From Thermovirgaceae bacterium (GTDB lineage: Bacteria; Synergistota; Synergistia; Synergistales; Thermovirgaceae): DNA of 36,873 nucleotides. Both the position numbers and the translations under genes were made by a program. Under the pieces are notes generated by a model, which was not told the origin of the DNA, did no database searches, and saw only the letters and a program-made list of their open reading frames with translations. Each line of letters begins with the position of its first letter. Positions within the stretch are counted from its first letter, which is position 1. The stretch is taken from contig JBKHBH010000010.1 of assembly GCA_046542505.1 (NCBI GenBank), positions 1-36,873 on the forward strand, in the 5' to 3' direction. Of the stretch, positions 26,205 through 34,702 are shown one piece after another.

Positions 26205-27533
26205 ATGGCTGTTCGTTTCAACAGGGGAGCCGTCCGCACGGCTTTCCATGACTGGATGTCTTTGCCGGGCAGGCTGCCGGAACAAAGGCCGCGTGTTGTC
26301 GCAGTCGCGGATTGCAATAATTTTTTCGTCTCTTGTGAGCGCCTTCTTCGCCCGGATCTAAAGGACAAACCCGTTGTAGTGCTGTCTTCCAACGATGGTG
26401 TCGTGATTTCCCGCAGTGCCGAGGCGAAAGCCCTGGGTATGGCCATGGGCGAGCCTTTCTTCAAGGTCAAGGGATTCTGCAAGGCTCACGGCGTGACGGT
26501 TTTTTCCTCCAGCTTTGGTTTCTACGAGCGGGTTTCACGGAAGGTCATGGCTGTTCTGGGTGAATACACGGGCAGCCTGGAGGTCTATTCCATCGATGAG
26601 GCCTTTCTCTCCCTTGATATCGCCACTGTGGACGACGTTGTCGGGTATGCACACCGGATCCGACGTGCCGTGAAGAAAAAAACGGGCATTCCCGTTTCCG
26701 TAGGGCTTGGGCCGACGAAAACCCTGGCCAAGCTCATGCTTGAGGCGGCGAAGAAAGCGCCGGCGGGTGTTTTCGCCTGGACGGATGTAAAAGAAACAGG
26801 AGCATACCTGGAAACCGTTCCGGTAAAAGATATCTGGGGAATCGGTCGCCGCACAGGGGCCTTTCTGGAAAGGCGCAGTGTAGTTACGGCAGAAAGATTC
26901 CGAAATCTCCCCGATGACTGGATTCGCCGGCACCTGACGATCAAGGGACTTCATACGGCCTGGGAGCTTCGCGGGCACCCCTGCATTCATTTGCGGGAAG
27001 TGGAAGCTCCCCAGAAATCAATACAGGTTTCACGATCATTCGGGCAGGATATACAATCCTTCGGCCAACTGAGGGAAGCCGTTACCCGGTTTGTCGTGAC
27101 CGGTGCAAGGAGGCTGAGGGCGCAGCGGTCCCTCGCTTCCCGGATCGAAGTGTGTCTGGCTACGAGCCATTTCAGGCCTGATTTTTTTGTCACGGGTGCC
27201 ACCCGGAACTTCCTCCCTACGGCCTACACGCCCATTCTCATAGAAAGGGCCCTTGACGCTCTTGAAGAAGTCTTCCGACCGGGTCCCCGCTACACGAGGG
27301 CCGGCATTTACCTGCATGGCTTTGTGCCCGAAGGAACGGTGCAAAGAGGCCTTTTCCGGAGTCTCGAGCAGGATCTCATACCCCGGGAAAGGGTCCTGAT
27401 GAAAACCGTTGATCGCATCAACGCCGAATTCAAGAGAGAAGCCGTCGCTCCGGCATCGGTCTGGAAAACTGAAAAAGCGGCATGGCGGCCGAAACAGGAA
27501 AGGTCGTCGGCCACTTTCGGGGATACCTGCTGA
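26205..27533 (+). CDS. umuC: Y-family DNA polymerase, UmuC-like
   Basis: DCNNFFVSCER, VLSSNDG, YSIDEAF, TKTLAK, IWGIGRR, KSIQVSRSFG. Confidence 0.88.
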   Translation: MAVRFNRGAVRTAFHDWMSLPGRLPEQRPRVVAVADCNNFFVSCERLLRPDLKDKPVVVLSSNDGVVISRSAEAKALGMAMGEPFFKVKGFCKAHGVTVFSSSFGFYERVSRKVMAVLGEYTGSLEVYSIDEAFLSLDIATVDDVVGYAHRIRRAVKKKTGIPVSVGLGPTKTLAKLMLEAAKKAPAGVFAWTDVKETGAYLETVPVKDIWGIGRRTGAFLERRSVVTAERFRNLPDDWIRRHLTIKGLHTAWELRGHPCIHLREVEAPQKSIQVSRSFGQDIQSFGQLREAVTRFVVTGARRLRAQRSLASRIEVCLATSHFRPDFFVTGATRNFLPTAYTPILIERALDALEEVFRPGPRYTRAGIYLHGFVPEGTVQRGLFRSLEQDLIPRERVLMKTVDRINAEFKREAVAPASVWKTEKAAWRPKQERSSATFGDTC

Positions 27534-27671
27534 GAAAATTGAAAGGCACTTGCGGTCTGGCGTTTTGGATCATCATGCAGGCTATGGACTTCGCCGTATC
27601 CGGCGACCAGCTGAATGGCCGCTCGAGCCGGGCAAGTCGAGGCGAACGGTTATTTTGCGGAATTCCGGAGA

Positions 27672-27700
27672 TTTACCAATAGGCCGCCTTCACGTATACT
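27672..27700 (+). promoter_or_regulatory. Putative promoter for the permease-PRTase pair
   Basis: TTTACC-N17-TATACT. Confidence 0.5.
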
Positions 27701-27765
27701 TTTTGTCAGATCGCTAACATTAATGTAAGTCTCAAGCCAAATGTGCGAAAGGATGCGACGCTGAC

Positions 27766-28869
27766 ATGTTGACTGACCTTCTGACTGCTTTAGCCGTTGT
27801 GATTAACGGAATTCCCCAGGGGATCCTCGCCTTGAGTTTCGGTTTCGCCGCCCTTCCGACGTCGATTGCCTTTCTGGTTGGCGTCGCTGGTTCGCTGGCC
27901 TTCAATTCTGTGGCGACCATTTCCTTCCAGGCGGAAACGATAACCCTGGCGGGCACGATGGGACAAAATATCGGGGAAAGACTGAGCCTTGTCTTCTGGG
28001 GAGCCGTCTTTTTGCTGATCCCTTCCCTCCTGGGTCTGAACGAAGCCATTGTCGCCTTCATCGGGCCGGTGATCGTGACGTCCATGATGGCCGGCGTAGG
28101 CATCATGCTGGCCTACGTTTCGATTGAAATGCTGCGTTCCGAGAAGTATTCCGGAGTGACCTCCATGATCACGGCCCTGGCAGTCTGGTTAGTTACACAG
28201 GACCTTGCCTATACCATCATCATTTCCGTGATTGTTGCCACCGTAGCCTACAATTTCCTGAAACGCTATCCCGGCCTTGTGAAAGATGAGCCCGTGGCGG
28301 ACCTTGAAAACGAACGTTTCCGCTTCGGGAACATCCAGTGGAAGTTCTGGACGAACCGCAGGATCCTCCTGGGAGCCCTTGCATTGGCTTGTCTTAATAT
28401 CGGTGCGAACATCAGTTTCGGAAAGATTACCGGCAGCATCGCCGGGGTAGAGACAAACATCGATCATCTGGCGATCTACTCCAGCCTGGCCGACATAGGA
28501 TCGACGCTTTTCGGAGGCAGTCCTGTTGAAGCCATCATTTCGGGGACCGCTACGGCTCCCAATCCTCTTCGCTCGTCGGTGATGATGATGGCCATCATGG
28601 CGGCGATCCTCCTGTTTAAGCTGCTTCCCGTTATCGGAAGATACGTTCATCGCTCTTCTATCGCGGGATTTTTGTTCATCCTTGGAACGTTCGTGACCTT
28701 TGCGTCCAACATACAGGGTGCCATAGCTATGGTCCCGGCCTTTGAGGGGCCCTTCGGGTTCAGCCCATGGGGTATGGTCATCGGGGCGACGGTGCTTGTC
28801 TCAGCGAGGTGGAATCCATTTTACGGCCTTGTCGCGGGGGTTGCGATAAGGATGGTGTTCGGACTATGA
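27766..28869 (+). CDS. NCS2/AzgA-like nucleobase permease
   Basis: Hydrophobic multi-TM; SFQAET, SMMAGVG, ADIGSTLFGGSPVEAIISGT; coupled to a PRTase. Confidence 0.72.
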   Translation: MLTDLLTALAVVINGIPQGILALSFGFAALPTSIAFLVGVAGSLAFNSVATISFQAETITLAGTMGQNIGERLSLVFWGAVFLLIPSLLGLNEAIVAFIGPVIVTSMMAGVGIMLAYVSIEMLRSEKYSGVTSMITALAVWLVTQDLAYTIIISVIVATVAYNFLKRYPGLVKDEPVADLENERFRFGNIQWKFWTNRRILLGALALACLNIGANISFGKITGSIAGVETNIDHLAIYSSLADIGSTLFGGSPVEAIISGTATAPNPLRSSVMMMAIMAAILLFKLLPVIGRYVHRSSIAGFLFILGTFVTFASNIQGAIAMVPAFEGPFGFSPWGMVIGATVLVSARWNPFYGLVAGVAIRMVFGL

Positions 28870-29414
28870 GCAACGGTTTTTATGAACTGGAAGTGGCAGG
28901 TCTGAAAAGACATCTGCCGAAGGTTCGTGTGGGAGAGAACCTGGTGATCGCCTCTTTCGTAATGCTCGGCGACACGGACCTGGTCGAAAGGTCCGCTGAT
29001 GAACTGGTGATGCGTCTGCCCCGTGAAAGGATCGAGATGTTGGTTTGTCTCGAGGCAAAGGGCATACCTCTGACCCATGCCATTGCAAGACGACTTGGCG
29101 TCAATTACGTGACGGTCAGAAAATCTGTAAAGGGGTACATGGAAGACCCCCTCATCGAAGAAGTCAAGTCGATCACTACAAAGGAAAAGCAGATTCTCGT
29201 GCTTGACGGCGTCGACAGGGCGAAGATCACGGGCAAAAAGGTGTGCGTCGTGGATGACGTGGTTTCTACTGGAGGCTCCATGAAAGCCGTCCAACGCTTG
29301 CTCGAGCGGGCGGGGGCGACAGTGGTCTGCAAGGCTGCCGTTCTGCTTGAGGAGGGCGGTTATGACGGGGCGGACCTGATTTACCTTGAAAGGTTGCCCG
29401 TTTTCGCAGGGTAA
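28866..29414 (+). CDS. Purine phosphoribosyltransferase (Apt/Xpt-like)
   Basis: LEAKGIPL, VRKSVKGYM, PRPP motif VVDDVVSTGGS; ATGA overlap at 28866. Confidence 0.88.
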   Translation: MSNGFYELEVAGLKRHLPKVRVGENLVIASFVMLGDTDLVERSADELVMRLPRERIEMLVCLEAKGIPLTHAIARRLGVNYVTVRKSVKGYMEDPLIEEVKSITTKEKQILVLDGVDRAKITGKKVCVVDDVVSTGGSMKAVQRLLERAGATVVCKAAVLLEEGGYDGADLIYLERLPVFAG

Positions 29415-29439
29415 ACGGGATTCGATCCTATAGCCGGAT

Positions 29440-29477
29440 GAAGAAAGGGGTGGTCCGATCGGGACGGCCCCTTCTTC
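29440..29477. terminator. Hairpin between convergent genes (probable bidirectional terminator)
   Basis: GAAGAAAGGGGTGGTCC-GATCG-GGACGGCCCCTTCTTC, imperfect stem. Confidence 0.6.
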
Positions 29478-29489
29478 TGCTTAGTTATT

Positions 29490-30206
29490 TTATTTCGGGG
29501 CTTCTTTCCGGGAGCTCTTTCCCGGTGGTGCCTTTTCCAGGACTTCGTTGATCCAGTTCCAGACGGGCGGAAAAACCCTTGCAGTTTCTCCCGGCCTGGG
29601 AACCATGAAAACGAAGGCTTTTTCCTGGTCCGGGACAAAGGCGACGTGCCGGAGGTCTCCAGGCCTATCGAGTTTTTTCTTCAGTTCAAGCAGGGCATCA
29701 CGTATCTTTTGGTCTTGATAGTAGAGTGTGAATGTCTTCCCTCCCCATTCAAACTGTTCACTTTTAAGGCTGGACTTGTTAGTGATTTTCGAGGCCCGGA
29801 AATTTTCGTATTCATTTTGAATGATGTGTCCCTCGGATATTTTCCCGTGAGCGTCTTTTGCAAAATAAAGAGTGACAAAAAGCCTGTCCCATTTCCTCAA
29901 GTATCTGGAAACGGGGTAATAGAGCAACGTATGCCGGGCGAGTAGTGTAATCGTTGCGTCCACCCGGCGGATGAACTGGTTTTTCCGGGGAACGAGATTT
30001 GCGTGATACCCGGACTGTCCTCCGATGGTGGTAAACGTCTGGTCCCTGGGATTGAGTGTGTCCACGAGGGCGTTGAATGCCGAGAGGTGAATCCGCTTGT
30101 TCCTGCGTCCTCCCCAGAAGAAACAAAGGGAGACCAAGACCGTGGCGGCGATAAAAAGCAAAAAAAGGGGCTCTTGGGTAATGGGTTGGCTTGACACATC
30201 CGACAT
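29490..30206 (-). CDS. Membrane-anchored hypothetical protein (possible DUF1682/CCDC47-like)
   Basis: N-terminal TM (LFLLFIAATVLVSLCFFW) followed by GGRRNKRI; last gene of the cstA operon. Start is ATG 30206 or GTG 30197. Confidence 0.7.
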   Translation of the reverse strand: MSDVSSQPITQEPLFLLFIAATVLVSLCFFWGGRRNKRIHLSAFNALVDTLNPRDQTFTTIGGQSGYHANLVPRKNQFIRRVDATITLLARHTLLYYPVSRYLRKWDRLFVTLYFAKDAHGKISEGHIIQNEYENFRASKITNKSSLKSEQFEWGGKTFTLYYQDQKIRDALLELKKKLDRPGDLRHVAFVPDQEKAFVFMVPRPGETARVFPPVWNWINEVLEKAPPGKSSRKEAPK

Positions 30207-30223
30207 CCTTTCCTGGAGTCCCT

Positions 30224-31168
30224 TCAGGCTGTCTGTCCGGGGCCAAATCCCAGAGGTCCGGTAAGGTCGGTATCCATGATATAACATTCGGGTTCATCTT
30301 GTCGGTACAAGGAGACCCGACTCAGTTCAATGCCCGGCATCTCCTTGAGAAGTTCTCTTTCCACTTGGTCTGCGGCATATTCGTTCTCGTCTGTAACCTT
30401 GTTTACAAAAAGCGTTCGCAAGGGAAGTTCCAGCTCTTTCGCCCCAGTGACAAGTCTCTGGGATTCTTTCAGGGAAAGCATGTCGGGATTGCAGACGAGG
30501 GCGATGTTGTTGTCCGGTGACTGCAGGAAGGACTGCACTGTTTCGTAGCGTTTTGTCATCTCCCGAAGTTTCCGCATCACCATATCTTCTTCCTCCGTAT
30601 AGGCGAGTTTTGTTTCCTTCCCGTCCTTTTCCCCGGTGATGTTATGTATGGTGTACCGCTTGTCCAGGATCTGGAGCCGTATGTCAATAAGCCTGTCCAG
30701 CCAGGCCAGCGTAACCTTCGGTAGTGCCAGTATACGAAGGGTAAGCCCCGTCGGTGGTGTGTCGATGATGATGTAATCGAAATTTTTCTGTTCTTCCCGA
30801 AAAAGGTGTTCCATGGCCACGAGGGCTGCATACTCCTCAACCCCGGGCGAGTACCGAAGAATTCGGAAATACTTGTCCATGTTGAAGGCGCGCGTATAGC
30901 TGTAAACTTCCTCGAGGATTCCCACGCTTGTTTTGAGATATTCCTGGGCGCATTTTTCCAGGTCCGTTTCCTGAAGATAGAGGGATGTCTTTTTGTATCG
31001 TGTTATCTTGTGCGAAAGCCGTTCACCGAAAATGTCCCCCAGGTTGTGGGCTGGATCAAAGGAAGTTACGAGCACCCTGTTGCCTCGCTCAGCCAGTTGC
31101 CACGCCGCCGCGGCCGACAGGGATGATTTCCCGACACCACCTTTTCCCGTAAAAAAGACAGACTTCAT
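30224..31168 (-). CDS. Single-domain ArsA/Get3(TRC40)-family ATPase
   Basis: Deviant Walker A GKGGVGKSS, switch I DPAHNL, PGVEE, switch II DTPPTG, VNK. Confidence 0.9.
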   Translation of the reverse strand: MKSVFFTGKGGVGKSSLSAAAAWQLAERGNRVLVTSFDPAHNLGDIFGERLSHKITRYKKTSLYLQETDLEKCAQEYLKTSVGILEEVYSYTRAFNMDKYFRILRYSPGVEEYAALVAMEHLFREEQKNFDYIIIDTPPTGLTLRILALPKVTLAWLDRLIDIRLQILDKRYTIHNITGEKDGKETKLAYTEEEDMVMRKLREMTKRYETVQSFLQSPDNNIALVCNPDMLSLKESQRLVTGAKELELPLRTLFVNKVTDENEYAADQVERELLKEMPGIELSRVSLYRQDEPECYIMDTDLTGPLGFGPGQTA

Positions 31169-31182
31169 GGATCCACCTCTTT

Positions 31183-31497
31183 CTAGTCAATATCCAGCAG
31201 GCCGATAATCTCCGCCATCGAATCTGACGCTGCGTGGGCACGGGCGTTGAGCACCTTGATCTCGTGTTCAAGGTGGGGAAGAAGCTCTGCGGCAATAAAC
31301 GACGGGGGGGCCGGTATTCCGGTAAAAGAGCCCGTCAGGAGCAGGACAAAAAGGTTTTCGAGTTCCTTGACTTCGAAACGGGTCAGTTCTACGACTTTTT
31401 CCCTGTGGGATGATCCCATGATTGAAAAGAAAGAGAGGGCTTTCTCCAGCGAAGCCCGGAAAAAGCCCTTCCCTTCCTTGTTGTGAATGTCCGTCAA
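31183..31497 (-). CDS. Small cstA/ArsA-associated protein (cory-CC-star-like)
   Basis: ELENLFVLLLTGSFTGIPAPPSFIAAELLP resembles the small proteins found between cstA and ArsA-family genes. TTG 31497 has GGGAG upstream. Confidence 0.7.
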   Translation of the reverse strand: MTDIHNKEGKGFFRASLEKALSFFSIMGSSHREKVVELTRFEVKELENLFVLLLTGSFTGIPAPPSFIAAELLPHLEHEIKVLNARAHAASDSMAEIIGLLDID

Positions 31498-31511
31498 GAT
31501 GGCAAGTCTCC

Positions 31512-33233
31512 CTATTTCCCCTGTTCCAGGGGCTGATTCCTGTATTTGAGGAAGTCGTACATGAAGATCAAGTTCAGGACCAGCATGGCGATTTCGATGA
31601 CGAGCACTGTTATACCCGTTGCAGGGTCGGACTTGATGGTGGCCGGCAGTGCCACGGCGCTGAACCAGATGATAGCAGCCGTAACGGTGATCCACAGCAG
31701 GTAGGCCGGAATGGTGCAGATCGCCGTGGATTTGCACTCAAGTCGCTTCGAGACCCATGCCGCGCCGGTCAGAAGCGTGATGGAAGCAATAAGCTGGTTT
31801 GCCGAACCGAAGGACGGCCAGAGGAGCGCGAAATTCCCGCTCCACGCGAGGTAGATCCCGATGGCTGCCGGAATGATGGAGGCCACCCAGGGGTTGGTCA
31901 AAAAGTTGTAAGCTCCTGACCCTTTTTCCTTCAGCGGCATCGCGATTTCCGAAATGGTGTACCTCGCGAGACGGTTTGTCGTATCAAGGGTGGTCATGGC
32001 AAAAGCGGCAACCCACATTCCAGCGATCACTTGGACCAGGCTTGTGGGAATGAAACCAAGCCAGGTGCTTGCCACCATCCGGGCGAAAGAATGGGAGAAC
32101 ATGACGGCGTTCGGGTAGGAAGCCGACATGGACTTGACATACTGGTCGCCCCAGTTCGCCACGGTGATGCTCTCTCCGGCATCCTGCATCAGCTGGAGGC
32201 CGAATCCCGCCACGGCTGCCACTACTAGGGTCGAGAGGAAACCTTCCGTCAACATGCCCCCGTAGCCGATAGGAAGACCGTGGCTCTCCTTTTCCAACTG
32301 CTTGGAGGTTGTTCCGGACCCGACCAGGGAGTGGAAGCCCGAAAGAGAACCGCAGGCGATAACCAGGGGAATCACGGGCCAGAAAGGACTCGGCTTTCCT
32401 CCCGTCACGATCGGTGCGAAGGACGTAAAAGCCGGTGCAGTGAAGCCGTGGAAACTAAAAATTGCCGCAAGGGCTCCAAGGGCCAGACCGAAATACAGTA
32501 GCCAGGAATTCAGGTAGTCCCTCGGCTGCAACAGGACGTCCACGGGGATGGCCGCGGCGATGATGATATAGAAGAACAGGATGACCATCCAGGTACTGTA
32601 GCTCATCTCGACGGGCCAGAGGGCACCGCCGTATATCGAGGCGGCGAGCAAGATGACACCGATAAACGTCGCAGCAACGAGGTTCATCTTCACCCGGTAC
32701 ATCAGCACGCCCAGAACCAGTGCTGCGAGGACCATCAGGAAAAATGCCGTCGGGACTTTCGGGTCACCCACGAAGGTTTTCCCGATGACCGCACCGAAAG
32801 CCGCGATAACCAGGATCAAAAGGAAGAAGACGAGCCAGTAAAATAGTTTCCCGGTGCGTTTCGTGATGACGTCGGAGGCGACGAACTGGACGGAGCGGCC
32901 GTCGTACCTGACCGAAGCCATCAACGAAAGATAGTCGTGGACGGCGCCGATGAAAATGTTGCCGAACCACACCCAGAGGAGACCGGGGACCCAGCCCCAT
33001 GCCATGGCAACGACGGGACCGACGATCGGCGCAGCTCCAGCGATGGACGCGAAGTGATGGCCGAAAAGCACAGGCGGTTTCGCCGGGACATAGTCGACGC
33101 CGTCAAAAAGCCGTGTCGACGGCGTTGCGTTTTCGTCAGACGCCTTGACCACTTCTCTCTCCAGTTTCTTGCCGTAAGTCATGTAGAGGAGTATGTAAAT
33201 GGCAAGCCCCGCGACTACAATCAGAGTAGTCAT
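31512..33233 (-). CDS. cstA: Carbon starvation protein A family transporter (peptide/pyruvate)
   Basis: DGVDYVP, LFGHHFASIAGAAPIVGP, GAVHDY, LLQPRDY, IACGSLSGFHSLVGSGTT, TTLDT, LWPSFGSANQL; ATG 33233 with GGGAGG. Confidence 0.95.
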   Translation of the reverse strand: MTTLIVVAGLAIYILLYMTYGKKLEREVVKASDENATPSTRLFDGVDYVPAKPPVLFGHHFASIAGAAPIVGPVVAMAWGWVPGLLWVWFGNIFIGAVHDYLSLMASVRYDGRSVQFVASDVITKRTGKLFYWLVFFLLILVIAAFGAVIGKTFVGDPKVPTAFFLMVLAALVLGVLMYRVKMNLVAATFIGVILLAASIYGGALWPVEMSYSTWMVILFFYIIIAAAIPVDVLLQPRDYLNSWLLYFGLALGALAAIFSFHGFTAPAFTSFAPIVTGGKPSPFWPVIPLVIACGSLSGFHSLVGSGTTSKQLEKESHGLPIGYGGMLTEGFLSTLVVAAVAGFGLQLMQDAGESITVANWGDQYVKSMSASYPNAVMFSHSFARMVASTWLGFIPTSLVQVIAGMWVAAFAMTTLDTTNRLARYTISEIAMPLKEKGSGAYNFLTNPWVASIIPAAIGIYLAWSGNFALLWPSFGSANQLIASITLLTGAAWVSKRLECKSTAICTIPAYLLWITVTAAIIWFSAVALPATIKSDPATGITVLVIEIAMLVLNLIFMYDFLKYRNQPLEQGK

Positions 33234-33275
33234 ACAATTCCCTCCCTTTTTATTAAACATAAAGGCTATGCTATT

Positions 33276-33305
33276 AATTTACGCCCCGCGTGGGGTTTTT
33301 GTCAA
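33276..33305 (-). promoter_or_regulatory. Putative cstA promoter
   Basis: Minus-strand TTGACA (33305-33300), N18, TAAATT. Confidence 0.5.
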
Positions 33306-33549
33306 ATATTACGGCATCCAGTACGCCAACCGTCTTGCATTTGCAGTCCGCAGAATTTGGCATGCAACATTGCAATTTGGCAGGAGGGATCTTTTTTTTT
33401 ATGGCAATATACAGATTTTATATAATAGTGCTTATTTTTAATAGAAGATGAGGATGTTGTCCCGGCCGACATCCTACAGGATAATTGTTTTTAAGAAGAA
33501 TTAGATTGGACCTGCGTAAAGGTGCCTTCACGCGTTTTTAAACTTTCGG

Positions 33550-34380
33550 CTACTCCTGCATGTCGCTTCTTGCCTGCTCCCGGGCTTCTTCCGAAAGGAC
33601 TCTCCCACGCGATGAGGCGGCGCTGATGGCCTTCATGAAAGCCGTCCGGATGCGGCTTTCCTCCAGTTCGTAGATACCGTCGATTGTGACCCCGCCAGGC
33701 GTCAAGACCATGTCCTTGAGTTCCGCAGGATGTTTCCCTGTTTCAAGCAAAAGATATGCGGCACCGATGGCCGTATGTGCCGCTGCCTCCAGGGCAAGTT
33801 TGCGCGGGAGGCCCTCCCGGAGCGCCCCGTAGATCATGGACTCGACGACGGTAAAGATATAGGCCGGTCCCGAACCGGACATGGCGGTCAGTACGTCGAG
33901 GTATTGCTCGTCTACAAGCCGTATTTCACCGGGGATGCGGAGGATTTCCTCGATGAGGCACAGTTCTTCTTTCTCAAAGGATCCGTCGGGAGAGAAGAGG
34001 GTGTAGCCCTTTAAGACTTTTGCTGCAATATTTGTCATGGCTCGGACAAAACGGCATCCTGGCGCGGTCTCATGCAGAATGTCCAGTGATATGGCCGCAG
34101 CAAAGGAAATGACCGGTTTGCCGGCGGAGACGCCGGCGATTTCGCGCAGAACAGGGACAACCTGCGACGGCTTGACGGAAAGGATGATGATATCCGCATC
34201 GGAAGCCGCCTGAATGTTGTCAGTTGTGATGGTGATGCCTTTCTCACCGAGACCGTTAAGACGTTCGAGCTTGCGGCGCGTCGCCGTGACCCGGCAGTAG
34301 GTCGACAGGGCCTCGGCGATGGCCCCTCCGATGATGCCTGCTCCGATGATGCTGACGTGAAGATCTTTCAATTGTTTCAT
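33550..34380 (-). CDS. proC: Pyrroline-5-carboxylate reductase
   Basis: IGAGIIG, LSVKP, ISFAAAI, RAMTN, TAMSGSGPAY, LKDMVLTPGGVTIDG; RBS AAGGAGG. Confidence 0.95.
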   Translation of the reverse strand: MKQLKDLHVSIIGAGIIGGAIAEALSTYCRVTATRRKLERLNGLGEKGITITTDNIQAASDADIIILSVKPSQVVPVLREIAGVSAGKPVISFAAAISLDILHETAPGCRFVRAMTNIAAKVLKGYTLFSPDGSFEKEELCLIEEILRIPGEIRLVDEQYLDVLTAMSGSGPAYIFTVVESMIYGALREGLPRKLALEAAAHTAIGAAYLLLETGKHPAELKDMVLTPGGVTIDGIYELEESRIRTAFMKAISAASSRGRVLSEEAREQARSDMQE

Positions 34381-34402
34381 TCCTGTTCCCTCCTTTTGGA
34401 AT

Positions 34403-34438
34403 AAAAAAGGGCCGCCGACCCGGAAGTCGGCGGCCCTT
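34403..34438 (-). terminator. Attenuator terminator in the proC leader
   Basis: Minus strand AAGGGCCGCCGAC-TTCCGG-GTCGGCGGCCCTT then TTTTATT, directly before the proC RBS. Confidence 0.9.
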
Positions 34439-34484
34439 GTGTCCAGATGATCTTGAAAAAACTAAAACGCTATCAGGACATGAC

Positions 34485-34568
34485 CTACCCTCCCCGGGGA
34501 GAATTTTCTCCGGAACGCGGTGGAACGCACGGGTTGGGCCTGGCTGTCCTGATAAAGAGAATATGCAT
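34485..34568 (-). CDS. Proline-rich leader peptide of proC (27 aa: MHILFIRTARPNPCVPPRSGENSPRGG)
   Basis: GGAG 7 nt upstream of ATG; 5 Pro codons (CCC, CCG, CCA, CCG, CCC); stop codon lies inside helix segment 2. Confidence 0.7.
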   Translation of the reverse strand: MHILFIRTARPNPCVPPRSGENSPRGG

Positions 34569-34611
34569 TGTTTGTCTCCATTTCAGTTTTCGGTGAAAAG
34601 TATTGGAAAGA

Positions 34612-34640
34612 AGGATATCCTCTTTCGCAAAGGACGTCAA
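34612..34640 (-). promoter_or_regulatory. sigma70 promoter for the leader-proC transcript
   Basis: Minus-strand TTGACG (34640-34635), N17, TATCCT (34617-34612). Confidence 0.65.
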
Positions 34641-34702
34641 CGGCCAATTTGGGCACTCGAGCCGGAAGCCTGTAAACTTGATCAAAGGCTGGAGGTGATT
34701 TG

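Noticed and set aside
27534..27765. Purine riboswitch ahead of the NCS2 permease and PRTase
   Set aside because: No UAUAA...UAUGG...GUUUCUACC...CCGUAAA core. Only a 10-bp palindrome ACATTAATGT (27717-27726), too short to call.
30224..31168. Arsenite-efflux ATPase (true arsA)
   Set aside because: Single ATPase domain, no ars operon context, embedded in a cstA operon.
33358..33374. sigma54 promoter TGGCA...TTGCA
   Set aside because: GG-to-GC spacing is 11 nt rather than 10, and it points away from cstA toward the 3' end of proC.
34440..34600. T-box riboswitch upstream of proC
   Set aside because: No GGUGGNACC T-box or specifier stem on the minus (sense) strand. The GGTGGAACGC at about 34519-34528 is on the wrong strand and imperfect; it is simply the antisense of the Val-Pro-Pro codons.
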